Translations under genes and position numbers: made by a program
In this document: positions 32,493 through 41,747 of the stretch, piece by piece
Layout of the letters: each line of letters begins with the position of its first letter
How positions within the stretch are numbered: the first letter of the stretch is position 1
DNA from: an uncultured Verrucomicrobiota bacterium
GTDB lineage: Bacteria > Verrucomicrobiota > Verrucomicrobiia > Limisphaerales > UBA9464
Direction of reading: 5' to 3'
NCBI GenBank assembly: GCA_903842505.1
Contig: CAIMMI010000130.1
Span: 1,971 to 65,970 of the forward strand
Length of the DNA: 64,000 bases
The notes under the pieces: model-generated
What the model was told of the DNA's origin: nothing
Database searches by the model: none
Seen by the model: only the letters and a program-made list of their open reading frames with translations

Positions 32493-34049
32493 TCAGCGCC
32501 CTTGGGGCTGCTTTTCATCCCCGACAGCTGCCGTCAGGAACGCCGCGGCATCCGCGCGGATCCGAGCCTTCTCCGCATCGGGCTTCTTGCGCCAGGCCTG
32601 TACGATGACGGCCACCCGGGGATTCCGGGCAAACGCCTCTTCATGCCGGGCGAAGAAATCCCAATAGAGATACTGGAACGGGCACGCCGTGGGCCCGGAT
32701 CGGGCCTTCGGATCGAAGCGACACCCCGTGCAGTAGTCGCTCATCTTCGAGATGTAGGCACTGCCTGCTGCATAGGGCTTGGTGGCCATGAATCCGCCGT
32801 CGGCATGGAGCGACATCCCGATCACGTTGGCCGCCATCACCCAATCGTAGGCGTCCACGTACATGGCCAGGAACCATCCGTAGGCCTCGCGGGGAGAAAC
32901 GCCGGCGAGCAACAGGAAATTGCCGAGCACCATCAGGCGCTGGATGTGATGATTGTAACCCGTCGACCGGACCTCGCCGAGGACCTGGCGCAGGCAGTTG
33001 AGTTCGGTCTCGCCGGTCCAGAACCACTCCGGCAGGGGCCGGTGGGCGCCGAGTCCATTGCGTTCAACGTAGTCGCGCCCGCAATGCCAGTAGACGCCAT
33101 TCACGAACTCGCGCCATCCGATGATCTGGCGCACGAAACCTTCGGCCGAGGCCAGCGGGACCTTTCCCTGCCGGAAGGCCGTCACGGCCGCCTCGACGCA
33201 CTCCATCGGATGCAGCAACCCGAGGTTCAGCATCGGTGTCAGCACCGAGTGGAACAGCACCGGTTCACCCGTCACCATCAGATCTTCATACGGACCAAAC
33301 TGCCCGAAACGATCGGCGATGAACGCCTCCAACCAGCGCAGCGAATCGGCGCGGGTCACCGGAAGCCAGAAGCCCGCCGCATCCCCGGGATGATCCGGGA
33401 ACAGGCGGCAAACCTCATCGATCACCGCGCGCGTGATCGCATCGGGATCCATCCGCGGCAGTGGCGACGATCGGGGCTTGCCGGCGCGCGACCACTCGGA
33501 CCAGGTCCGACGGTTCTCAGCGTCGAGGTTCCATTCACCGCCGGTGGGGGTTCCGTCCGGTTCCATCAGGATCCCAAGCTTTCGCCGCATCCGCCGGTAA
33601 TGGTTCTCGAGCAGCAGGCGCCGCGAGTCGCCAGCCCATTCGCGGAACTCCCCGCGGGGAACGAGGAACAGGTTCGTCGGGATCCACTCCAGTTCCACGC
33701 CCACCTTCCGGGCCGCGGTGGGAAGGGCATCGGTGGTCGTCCAGTCACCGGCCTCCATGACGCGGACCCGATCCGGCCGGAATCTTTCGACGTGGGCCTT
33801 GAGCGCGGCGGAGAAGTTCGTCGTGTCCGCGAGGAGATGGTAGTCGACCTGCCAACCGGCGGCTTCCAACTCGTGGCGGAAGTGCCGCATGGCGGAATAC
33901 ACCAGCACCAGCTTCTGTTGGTGGTAACGCTGGTGCCCGCCGCGGGCCCGCGATTCGATCATCAGGACCACGGTCGTGCGCGGATCGCAACCAACCAAGG
34001 CCGCGTTCCGAAGGCTCAATTGATCTCCCAGGATCCAGACCGTCGTCAT
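32493..34049 (-). CDS. Cryptochrome/photolyase family protein of the FeS-BCP type (PhrB/CryB-like (6-4) photolyase)
   Basis: I use the internal ATG at 34049 (MTTVWILGDQL...). It has QKLVLVYSAMRHF and GWREF..GVYW. The Cys pattern NC(LRQV)...YC-TG-C-RFDPKARSGPTA-C-PF has C-x2-C-x12-C spacing plus one upstream Cys, as in the PhrB 4Fe-4S ligands. Also present are GYNHHIQRLMVLGNF and DAYDWV. Confidence 0.85.
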   Translation of the reverse strand: MTTVWILGDQLSLRNAALVGCDPRTTVVLMIESRARGGHQRYHQQKLVLVYSAMRHFRHELEAAGWQVDYHLLADTTNFSAALKAHVERFRPDRVRVMEAGDWTTTDALPTAARKVGVELEWIPTNLFLVPRGEFREWAGDSRRLLLENHYRRMRRKLGILMEPDGTPTGGEWNLDAENRRTWSEWSRAGKPRSSPLPRMDPDAITRAVIDEVCRLFPDHPGDAAGFWLPVTRADSLRWLEAFIADRFGQFGPYEDLMVTGEPVLFHSVLTPMLNLGLLHPMECVEAAVTAFRQGKVPLASAEGFVRQIIGWREFVNGVYWHCGRDYVERNGLGAHRPLPEWFWTGETELNCLRQVLGEVRSTGYNHHIQRLMVLGNFLLLAGVSPREAYGWFLAMYVDAYDWVMAANVIGMSLHADGGFMATKPYAAGSAYISKMSDYCTGCRFDPKARSGPTACPFQYLYWDFFARHEEAFARNPRVAVIVQAWRKKPDAEKARIRADAAAFLTAAVGDEKQPQGR

Positions 34050-34192
34050 CGTTCTCCACCCATACCGCAATTTCGGAAAACCGCAGCCAGGCGAAGCCAC
34101 GCCCAGTTCTTTCCATCGTCGCTGACGAAAGCCACCCCCCTCCGCGGCTCCGCGCCCTCCGCGTGAGACCTCCCGCGAATGCTCGCCGCAAC

Positions 34193-35221
34193 TCAGCGCG
34201 GGTCCCGCCTCACTCCCGCGTGGCGCGGCCGGATCAACCCCCAGATCCGGGTGAAGGTTTCCGGCCCGTATCCCATCGCACGCTTCAACTGGTAGTCCCG
34301 TTCGAGAAGGTTCGGATGCGACCGCCATTTCCGATGCGTGTCGCCGTCGATGTATCCCTTCATACGGGCCCAGAATCCGCTCACCGGAACGGGCCAGTCG
34401 CTGCCGTGCACAATCCGCGACGCCAGCGGCTCGGCGAGGGTCACCGGAACCGTGTCTCCGCGGATCCGGTTGTTGAGGACGCTGAAGGCACTGTTGTCGC
34501 CGTAGAGGCGCGGATGACGACGCGTCATCTCGACGAAGTCCGGAAACCAGTTCGCATCGAAGAGGGCACTCTTGGTCGCGCAGTGTGCGGCGATCACGGT
34601 GACGCCGAGTTGCAGAGGAAGTTCCAGATGCCGGGGATTCGCGAGTTCGGGATCGACCACGGGCAGGGTTTTTTCGCCGCCCGTGTGCGAGAGCAGCGGG
34701 AGGCCCGCCTCCGCCATCCGTTCCCAGAACTTCGTGAAGCGCCGGTTCGAGCACTCGATGTTCTGGACGTTGGGCAGGATCTTCATCAGCGCCGCACCGC
34801 CTTCGAGGCAACGTTCCAGTTCGTCCATCGCGTCCGGACGCCCCGGGTGGATCGACACCGCCGGGATGAACTCCGGGTGCTGCTTCGCCAGTCGGAGCAC
34901 GTACTCGTTGGGAACGTGGAAGAGCCCAGCGCCCGCGACATGCTTCCCATCCCGGTCATACACCTGCTCCTGCGCCAGGACCACCGCGGCGCCCATGGAC
35001 GATTCCCGCAAGCGCGCCAGCAGGTGCTCGACGTAGAGACGGTCGAAATCATCCTTCAGGGTGGAGGGCTCCATCCCAATCGAGCCAAGCAGCAACCGGG
35101 CCTGAAGGCGTCGGAACCCACTCGACAGGTCGAGCCAGCAACCGGTCCCACCCGCCCCCGTGCCAACGATGTGGACGTGGCCGTCAACCGCAGGCAGCTC
35201 CGATGGATTTGCAGGGTGCAC
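34193..35221 (-). CDS. Amidohydrolase-2 family metal-dependent hydrolase
   Basis: It has the N-terminal metal motif VDGHVHIVG, SIHPGR, ..HTGGE.. and VIAAHCA, and ends with HGSDWPV. The start is uncertain: GTG 35221 was chosen, just upstream of the HxH motif. The ORF-track ATG at 35503 adds 94 Arg/Ser-rich codons. Confidence 0.75.
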   Translation of the reverse strand: MHPANPSELPAVDGHVHIVGTGAGGTGCWLDLSSGFRRLQARLLLGSIGMEPSTLKDDFDRLYVEHLLARLRESSMGAAVVLAQEQVYDRDGKHVAGAGLFHVPNEYVLRLAKQHPEFIPAVSIHPGRPDAMDELERCLEGGAALMKILPNVQNIECSNRRFTKFWERMAEAGLPLLSHTGGEKTLPVVDPELANPRHLELPLQLGVTVIAAHCATKSALFDANWFPDFVEMTRRHPRLYGDNSAFSVLNNRIRGDTVPVTLAEPLASRIVHGSDWPVPVSGFWARMKGYIDGDTHRKWRSHPNLLERDYQLKRAMGYGPETFTRIWGLIRPRHAGVRRDPR

Positions 35222-35569
35222 GCCCAAAGCTGCACCGCGAGCCCGGAGCTTGGAAAGACTGGAACCCGCCCTGGGCCCTCCAGCTTCTGTCGGAGCCTCC
35301 GGACTACTCCCCTTCACTCCCGGGGCAACGTCTTGAGACTGCCCGAGGGCCAAAGCAGCACTGGACGCCTTCCGCCGCGTCCCGCAAGATCGTCGCGTTG
35401 CCTTCCTAGCGGAGGCAACAATCGAGAACCAACAACGGCTCCGCTGACTTCGTTCGGTGGGGCCGTTTTGGCTGCGCCCTCCCACCGCACGCCCGAACTT
35501 CAACCTGAAAACGGCATTTCATCTATCCGCAGATGGCACCGATTACGCCGATGGACGGGTGAAGCTCGC

Positions 35570-35745
35570 GCCCTCAACGGGAATGGCGCCCGCGTCGGCA
35601 GCGTGTACCTGGCCCACCAGCGGCCTCTGGACCCGAGGTACGCCTTCATCAACGCCGATGGCGTGTCGACCTTGGTCGAGGGCCTGGGCGGACTCCAATC
35701 GATCGCACTCGGCCTGAACGACTCGGGCACTATGCTGCAACTGAC
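35570..35745 (+). pseudogene. Remnant of a HAF-repeat-type extracellular protein gene (about 1.5 repeat units, with no start and no proper end)
   Basis: The frame reads ALNGNGARVGSVY....RYAFINADGVSTLVEGLGGLQSIALGLNDSGTMLQ. This matches the HAF repeat logic 'hAF...dG.m.dLg.LgG..S.A.giNd.Gq'. Flanking sequence in the same frame degenerates into Arg/Pro-rich text. Confidence 0.35.
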
Positions 35746-35774
35746 CCATTGCCTTTCACTGACGGGCTCGAAGC

Positions 35775-35993
35775 CTACTCGCGATTGGCGTTCGCACTTG
35801 CTTCCCCGACCCCGTGGCTCGGGCGAGCGGGCGGAACGATCGTGGCCGTTGAATGCGCCCCACGACCTCGAATGGCCAACTCCCGCTCACGCATGGCGTC
35901 GAGCATACGCAATTTGTCTCCGATCGAGCGTCCGGCGAGTTGCCGCCGGTACGCCACCTTGCTGGCCAGGATCCTTGAAAGCTCAGGCGCCAT
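35775..35993 (-). CDS. Possible small ORF (72 aa), function unknown
   Basis: The ATG-initiated sequence MAPELSRILASKVAYRRQLAGRSIGDKLRMLDAMRERELAIRGRG has helical, protein-like composition. It is preceded at about 36034-36150 by a startless protein-like frame, ..PFYLERFQSIVGRHGLDDAWARFKRQFLTGDES*. It may be a decayed two-gene cassette. Confidence 0.3.
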   Translation of the reverse strand: MAPELSRILASKVAYRRQLAGRSIGDKLRMLDAMRERELAIRGRGAHSTATIVPPARPSHGVGEASANANRE

Positions 35994-36548
35994 TATGGAA
36001 TCGATTCAATGCTCTGGACGATCAACTTTCGTCGCCAGTGAGGAACTGTCGCTTGAACCGAGCCCAGGCGTCGTCCAACCCGTGACGTCCGACGATGGAT
36101 TGAAACCGCTCCAGATAGAAGGGGGTAAAAGGGGGGCAACGGGTTCAGGCCTGTCCGTCTGACATTTCAGCACGGAGCCCGGGGCTTGGACGGACTGCCG
36201 GCCGCCCCGACACGACATCTTGGGTGGGATTGGGCAAGGTGGTCGCGAGGGACCCGCAGGTTCTGGAAGCGGGCACCGAACAACCCAGGGATGCAGGCCT
36301 TCGTCGCCGCCCTTCTGGGCCCATTGTAAAATGGACAAACCTGCCCCATTGCCCGTCTCAGGGAACCCCGGGGCGCAGAGGAAGGCACCCGATCCGCGCC
36401 GGCGGGGAGTCACCTTTTGGTGAGTGTTTCCAGAACGCTCTTCGCCCGTGATCCAGGCCTCTCTCTGCGGTCTCCGCGTCTCTGCCGGAGCTTCCTGCTG
36501 CATCGTTACGGCTTGGAGGCCCCACTCCAAAGGCGGCATGCTCCGGCC

Positions 36549-37544
36549 ATGTCACTCCCGCCCGAATGGACACCGCCCTTCGAGCGCGACGCCGCCGCGG
36601 CCGTCCTGTCGCGACTCGCCGAACGCGGCGTGTACCTCGGCACCTCGTCCTGGAAATACCCGGGCTGGCGCGGATTGCTCTACTCGGACGACCGCTACAC
36701 CTACCGCGGCAAGTTCAGCGAGACCCGCTTCGAGAAGCTCTGCCTCGCCGAGTACGCCTCCGTCTTCCGCTCCGTCGGCGTCGATGCCGCCTACTACACC
36801 TTCCCCAGCGAAAAGTACCTCGCGGGCCTCATGGCGGATGTACCCGACGGCTTCCGCTTCTCGTTCAAGGTCACCGACGAAATCACCATCCGCCGGTTCC
36901 CCCACCTCGATCGCTTCGGCCCCCGCAAGGGCGAGATCAATCCCCACTTCCTCGACGCCAATCTCTTCCGCGAAGCCTTCCTCGCTCCCTGCGAACCGCA
37001 CCGCCACAAGGTCGGCCTGCTGATGTTCGAGTTCTCCCATTTCCACGCGTCCGACTACGCCCGCGGACGCGACTTCGTCGCGGACCTCGACCGCTTCCTC
37101 GGCGAACTTCCCACCGGATGGGACTACGGCATTGAGATCCGTAACCGGTCCTTCATCCACCCGGACTACTTCGACGTCCTCGCCCGCCACCGCGTCGCGC
37201 ACGTCTACAATTCCTGGGAGGCGATGCCGCCCATCGACGAGCAATGGCTCGCCCCAGGAAGCCGCACCAATCCGGAATGCTTCGGTGCCCGGTTCCTCCT
37301 CCGCCCCGGACGCAAATACCAGACTGCCGTCGACCAGTTCGCTCCCTACGACCGCGTGCAGGATCCTTATCCCATCGGACGCCAGGTCCTCGTCGACATG
37401 ATCCTCGCCTGCCTGCGCCAATCGCGCCCAGGCCGGGCCTACATCTACATCAACAACCGATTCGAAGGCTCCGCCCTCGGAACGATCGCCGCCGTCCTCC
37501 AAATGCTCGAGCGCGAGCGCCCCCACATCCATCCCCCGATCTAG
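36549..37544 (+). CDS. DUF72 family protein
   Basis: I use the internal ATG at 36549. GTSSWKYPGWRGLLY is the family's 'GtsgW.y..W.g.fY' start. It also has FSFKV.DEIT and AHVYNSW...YIYINN.FEGSA. Confidence 0.85.
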   Translation: MSLPPEWTPPFERDAAAAVLSRLAERGVYLGTSSWKYPGWRGLLYSDDRYTYRGKFSETRFEKLCLAEYASVFRSVGVDAAYYTFPSEKYLAGLMADVPDGFRFSFKVTDEITIRRFPHLDRFGPRKGEINPHFLDANLFREAFLAPCEPHRHKVGLLMFEFSHFHASDYARGRDFVADLDRFLGELPTGWDYGIEIRNRSFIHPDYFDVLARHRVAHVYNSWEAMPPIDEQWLAPGSRTNPECFGARFLLRPGRKYQTAVDQFAPYDRVQDPYPIGRQVLVDMILACLRQSRPGRAYIYINNRFEGSALGTIAAVLQMLERERPHIHPPI

Positions 37545-37628
37545 CCTCCGAAAGCTTTCCTCCCCGCCCTGTCCTTCGCTTTTGCCTCCGCTGGTGACTC
37601 TCGGTGCAACTGTCGGAAAGGCCCGCGA

Positions 37629-37662
37629 AGAATCTGGAATCTGGGAACTTGAAACTGAAAAC
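37629..37662. repeat. Heptad tract (reverse orientation)
   Basis: The sequence is gaatctg gaatctg ggaactt gaaactg aaaac, lying between DUF72 and trpA. Confidence 0.65.
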
Positions 37663-37688
37663 GCCCCCCTCCCACACTGACGCTCTCA

Positions 37689-38498
37689 GTGAACCGCATC
37701 GAAGAACGTTTCTCCCGGCTCCGCGCCTCCGGCCAGAAGGGCCTCGTTGTCTACATCGGCGCCGGTGATCCGAACCTCGCCGCCACCCACCAGTTGGCCC
37801 TGGAGTTCGACCGCGCCGGCGTCGACGTCCTCGAACTCGGCGTGCCCTTCAGCGATCCCCTCGCCGACGGCATCGTCAACCAACTTGCCGCCCAGCGCGG
37901 TCTCGCCTCCGGCACCACCCCGCCCCGCGTGCTCGAAACCGTCGCCGCCATCCGCCGCGACTCCCAGATTCCCATCGTCCTCTACATCTACTTCAACCTG
38001 CTCCACCGCGTCGGCCTCGCCCGCTTCATCGAGAACGCCGCCGCCGCCGGGGTCGACGGCCTCCTCATCCTCGACCTGCCACCCGAGGAAGCCGACGACT
38101 ACGAACGCCTCATGCTCGCTGCCGGAATGTGCCCGGTTTGGCTGATCGCCCCCACAACGCCGGATTCCCGCATCGAACGGATCGCCCGCCGCGCCCGGGG
38201 ATTCATCTACTACGTCTCCCGCGAGGGCGTCACCGGAATGCAGTCCACCGTCTCGACCTCCATCGGCGAGATGACCGACCGCATCCGCCGACACTCCCCG
38301 CTCCCCATCGCCGTCGGATTTGGCATCTCGAATCCCGCCCAGGCACGTGAGGTCGCCACCCACGCCGAAGCCATCGTCGTCGGTTCCGCCATCGTCAACC
38401 GTATCGCCGAGCAGGGCCTGGATCCCTCCATGCCCGCCACCGTCGGGGCCTTCGTCCGTTCCCTTTCCGAGGCGGTTCGCTCCGTCTCAACCTCCTGA
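37689..38498 (+). CDS. trpA: Tryptophan synthase alpha chain
   Basis: It has a GTG start. Motifs are LVVYIGAGDP, the catalytic-region ELGVPFSDPLADG, YYVSREGVTG and AVGFGIS. No trpB is adjacent in this window. Confidence 0.93.
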   Translation: MNRIEERFSRLRASGQKGLVVYIGAGDPNLAATHQLALEFDRAGVDVLELGVPFSDPLADGIVNQLAAQRGLASGTTPPRVLETVAAIRRDSQIPIVLYIYFNLLHRVGLARFIENAAAAGVDGLLILDLPPEEADDYERLMLAAGMCPVWLIAPTTPDSRIERIARRARGFIYYVSREGVTGMQSTVSTSIGEMTDRIRRHSPLPIAVGFGISNPAQAREVATHAEAIVVGSAIVNRIAEQGLDPSMPATVGAFVRSLSEAVRSVSTS

Positions 38499-38528
38499 AC
38501 CCAGCCTCCACAAGATCCCCGGATTCCC

Positions 38529-39743
38529 ATGGCCGCCAAGAAGACCCCTGCCAGCAAGCCCACCAAGCCGTCGCCGAAGCAGGCCAAGGCCGCCCCCGCC
38601 AAACCGGCACCTGCTCCCGCCCGCAAGGCCGATGACCGGTTCGTCATCATCATGGCCGGCGGCCGTGGCGAACGGTTCTGGCCTGTTTCCCGCGAGAAAA
38701 CGCCCAAGCAACTGATCCGCCTTCTCGGCGAACGCTCCTTCCTCCAGCAGGCCGTCGACCGCGTCCTGCCCGTCGTCCCGGCCGCCAACGTCCTGATCAT
38801 CACCAATTCCGCCCAGGTCGCCGAAGTCCGCCGCCAACTCCCCGAACTCCCCAAGGACAACATCGTCGCCGAACCGATCGGACGCGACACCTGCGCCGCT
38901 GTCACACTCGGTGCCGCCCTCGTCGGGGCCCGCTCCACCAAGGCCGTCATGGCCGTGCTGCCTGCGGACCACGTCATCCCCGAGGAAAAGAAGTTCCAGC
39001 AGGTCCTCAAGGACGCCTTCTCCGTCGCCGCTCGCAGCCAGGTCATCGTCACCATCGGCATCCAACCCACCGAACCCGCCACCGGCTACGGCTACATCCA
39101 TACCGGGCCCGTGCTCAGTACCGCCGACGGCGCCAAGCCCACCAGGACCGCCTTCTTCAGCGCCGAGCGCTTCGTCGAGAAGCCCTCCCTCGAAAAGGCC
39201 ACCGAGTACCTCGCCTCCGGCCAGTACCGATGGAATGCCGGCATGTTCGTCTGGTCCTTCGCCACCGTCACCAGCGGCCTGCAGCAACACCAACCGGACA
39301 TGTACGCCGCCTGCCAGCGCTGGCTCGGCGCCGCCGCCAAGGGCTCCAGCACCCTCGCCCGGACCCTCGCCAAGGAATACCCCGAGATCCGCAAGATCAG
39401 CATCGACTACGCCCTCCTCGAGAAGGCCCGCAATGTCGTCGTCGCCGACGGGTCCTTCGCCTGGGATGACCTCGGGGCCTGGCCTGCCCTCGCCCGCCAT
39501 GTCGCCCAGGATGGCGATGGCAACGCCTCGGTCGCCGACCTCGTCCACGTCGATGCCGCCCGGAACATCGTCTACGACGGCCGCACCAAGGCCCGCACCA
39601 CCATCACCCTCGTGGGCGTCTGCGACAGCATCATCGTGCTCACCGACGACGCCGTGCTCGTCGCCGCCCGCGCCGAGTCCCAGAAGATCAAGGACCTGGT
39701 CCGCAAGCTCGCCCAGAGCCCGAACCACCAGTCGCTGGTTTAG
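38529..39743 (+). CDS. Mannose-1-phosphate guanylyltransferase (nucleotidyltransferase domain) with a Lys/Pro/Ala-rich N-terminal tail
   Basis: The core reads FVIIMAGGRGERFWPVSREKTPKQL...IITN..., EPIGRDTCAA, GYGYI and RWNAGMFVW. The tail MAAKKTPASKPTKPSPKQAKAAPAKPAPAPARKAD precedes the G-loop, and I saw no alternative in-frame ATG before MAGG. Confidence 0.85.
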   Translation: MAAKKTPASKPTKPSPKQAKAAPAKPAPAPARKADDRFVIIMAGGRGERFWPVSREKTPKQLIRLLGERSFLQQAVDRVLPVVPAANVLIITNSAQVAEVRRQLPELPKDNIVAEPIGRDTCAAVTLGAALVGARSTKAVMAVLPADHVIPEEKKFQQVLKDAFSVAARSQVIVTIGIQPTEPATGYGYIHTGPVLSTADGAKPTRTAFFSAERFVEKPSLEKATEYLASGQYRWNAGMFVWSFATVTSGLQQHQPDMYAACQRWLGAAAKGSSTLARTLAKEYPEIRKISIDYALLEKARNVVVADGSFAWDDLGAWPALARHVAQDGDGNASVADLVHVDAARNIVYDGRTKARTTITLVGVCDSIIVLTDDAVLVAARAESQKIKDLVRKLAQSPNHQSLV

Positions 39744-39869
39744 CACCCTCAGGGTAGCCGCGGACGTCAGGACGCGGACAGGATTCGCTCCTCACACGCG
39801 TCCGTTGCGGCAGCGGCGTCCGGGGCGTTCGCGTCATTCCCACCCCGCACCCCGCCCATTTACATCGGC

Positions 39870-40988
39870 ATGTCGCATATGCGACACGCCGATGCAAAAG
39901 CCCCCTCCGACCCCGCCAACTCCCGCCCTCCTTCTCCAACTTCCAACTTCAATCTTCCCCGACGCCCCGCCAGTGTCGCGTCTGTGCTTCGCCTTGTCCT
40001 TGCCATACACGTGCTGTTGGGGCTCTTCGGTCCCCTTGCGGCAGGGCCCGTTTCAACGGCCACGCGGCGAGCCATCCGACCGGATCCCGCCCCCGAGACC
40101 CGTTACACCGACCTGATCGCGTGGGGCCGTTCCCGGGGATTCGGCGCGAAGTCATCCGCCGGAAGTGACGAACTCAAGCTCTACACCAAGTCCCAGGAAC
40201 TGGTCTTCAAGGCCAACACCAAGAAGGTCCTCTTCGACGAGACTGATGTCCGGTTGACCCTACCCATCCGCAAGGTGGGCGAAGGGTTTCAGGTCTCGAA
40301 GCGTGATCTCGAAACGCTCCTCAATCCACTCCTCGCCCCGCCCCGCCGACCGGCCCGCCAGCCTATCCGGACCATCGCCCTGAACGCTGGCCACGGCGGC
40401 AAGGATCCCGGCAACACCGAAGGCCGGCGGCAGGAAAAATACTATACGCTGCTGCTCTCGGGAGAGGTCCGCCGCCGACTCGAACGTGCCGGCCTCCGCG
40501 TCGTCCTCGTCCGCAGCACGGACACCTTCATCGAACTGGAGGACCGGCCCGCGGCAGCCACCAAGGCCAAGGCCGACCTTTACCTGAGCATCCATTTCAA
40601 CGCTTTCGACGGGCCCGGCTCGGCCGACGTCGGCGGGGTCGAGACCTACTGCCTCACCCCCGCCGGAGCCAGTTCCACCAACGATACCGGGAACCACGGC
40701 GGCGGATGGAACCCCGGGAATCGTTTCGACCATGACAACATCGTCCTGGGCCATCAGGTGCACCGCGCGATAGTCCAGGGCACCGACCTCAGTGATCGCG
40801 GGCTCCGCCGTGCCCGTTTCAAGGAACTCACCCTCCTCGACATGCCCGGCATCCTCGTCGAGGGCGGGTACATGACCAACGCCCATGACGCCTCCACCAT
40901 CTATTCCGTCGAGGGCCGTTCCACGCTGGCCCGCGCCATCGCCGATGGCGTTCTTGCCTACAAACGCCTCGTCGAACGGACCCCGTAG
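39870..40988 (+). CDS. N-acetylmuramoyl-L-alanine amidase (Amidase_3)
   Basis: Motifs are IALNAGHGGKDPG, YLSIHFNA, ETYCL and the C-terminal ILVEGGYMTN. The first roughly 38 codons run through a heptad repeat (ccaacttccaacttcaatcttc). A GTG at 39984 would give a clean signal peptide (LRLVLAIHVLLGLFGPLAAG) and may be the true start. Confidence 0.85.
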   Translation: MSHMRHADAKAPSDPANSRPPSPTSNFNLPRRPASVASVLRLVLAIHVLLGLFGPLAAGPVSTATRRAIRPDPAPETRYTDLIAWGRSRGFGAKSSAGSDELKLYTKSQELVFKANTKKVLFDETDVRLTLPIRKVGEGFQVSKRDLETLLNPLLAPPRRPARQPIRTIALNAGHGGKDPGNTEGRRQEKYYTLLLSGEVRRRLERAGLRVVLVRSTDTFIELEDRPAAATKAKADLYLSIHFNAFDGPGSADVGGVETYCLTPAGASSTNDTGNHGGGWNPGNRFDHDNIVLGHQVHRAIVQGTDLSDRGLRRARFKELTLLDMPGILVEGGYMTNAHDASTIYSVEGRSTLARAIADGVLAYKRLVERTP

Positions 40989-41006
40989 TTCCCCTCCCTC
41001 GACCAA

Positions 41007-41098
41007 CCTCCTGACGTCGACTGCTACAGCAAGCATGGTAGCCGACGACGTACGGAGGCGGGATTCCAGGCATTCTCGTAACTGGCAACTGGCAACTA
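41007..41098. repeat. Inverted-repeat arm pair + heptad tract
   Basis: cctcctgacgtcgactgctac - 10-nt loop - gtagccgacgacgtacggagg has 17 of 21 positions complementary. It is followed by gggattccaggcattctcg and by aactggc aactggc aactacc. Confidence 0.8.
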
Positions 41099-41207
41099 CC
41101 GACCACACTTTCCGGTTGGCGACGGCCGTTTCCGGGGTACTGATCCACCCCGTCCGCATGCGTGGACCTTTTCCAGAAGAACCTCCGTTACTCAAGCCAC
41201 CCCAAGA

Positions 41208-41741
41208 ATGAGCATTGTCACCCGCACCGGAGACACCGGCACCACCGGCCTCATGTACAACCGTCGCGTCCACAAGTCCCACTCACGCGTGGAGGCCTAC
41301 GGAAGCGTCGATGAACTGAATGCCGCCCTCGGCATGGCCCGCGCCACGACCCAGCACGCTTTCATCCGCGACTCCATCCTCGCCATCCAGAAGGACCTCG
41401 TCCTCGTGATGGGCGAACTTGCCACTCACCCCGGCGACCTCGAACGGTACGAGAAGGACGGCTTCGTGATCATCGACCCCGCCTTCACGGCCCGACTCGA
41501 TGCCGTTGTCACCACCGTTGAAGCCGAGGGCGTTTCCTACAAGGGCTGGGCCACCCCCGGCGCGACCCTCGACGCGGCCGCCCTCGACGTTGCCCGCACG
41601 ACCTGCCGCCGTGCCGAGCGTCGCATCCACGCCCTCCACGCCGCAGGCGAACCGCCCAACCCGGAGATCCTCGTCTTCCTCAACCGCCTTTCGGACCTCC
41701 TGTGGCTCTTCGCGCGCTGGGTCGAAACCAAGGCCGACTGA
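41208..41741 (+). CDS. ATP:cob(I)alamin adenosyltransferase, PduO/MMAB type
   Basis: It has the N-terminal TRTGDTGTTGL signature, EAYGSVDELNAALG, and the C-terminal FLNRLSDLLW. Confidence 0.9.
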   Translation: MSIVTRTGDTGTTGLMYNRRVHKSHSRVEAYGSVDELNAALGMARATTQHAFIRDSILAIQKDLVLVMGELATHPGDLERYEKDGFVIIDPAFTARLDAVVTTVEAEGVSYKGWATPGATLDAAALDVARTTCRRAERRIHALHAAGEPPNPEILVFLNRLSDLLWLFARWVETKAD

Positions 41742-41747
41742 TCCGCC

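Noticed and set aside
40989-41207. A possible cobalamin riboswitch upstream of the PduO-type adenosyltransferase
   Set aside because: The spacer is occupied by the inverted-repeat arm pair and a heptad tract, and I could not find a B12-box-like core. A cmscan would be needed for certainty.
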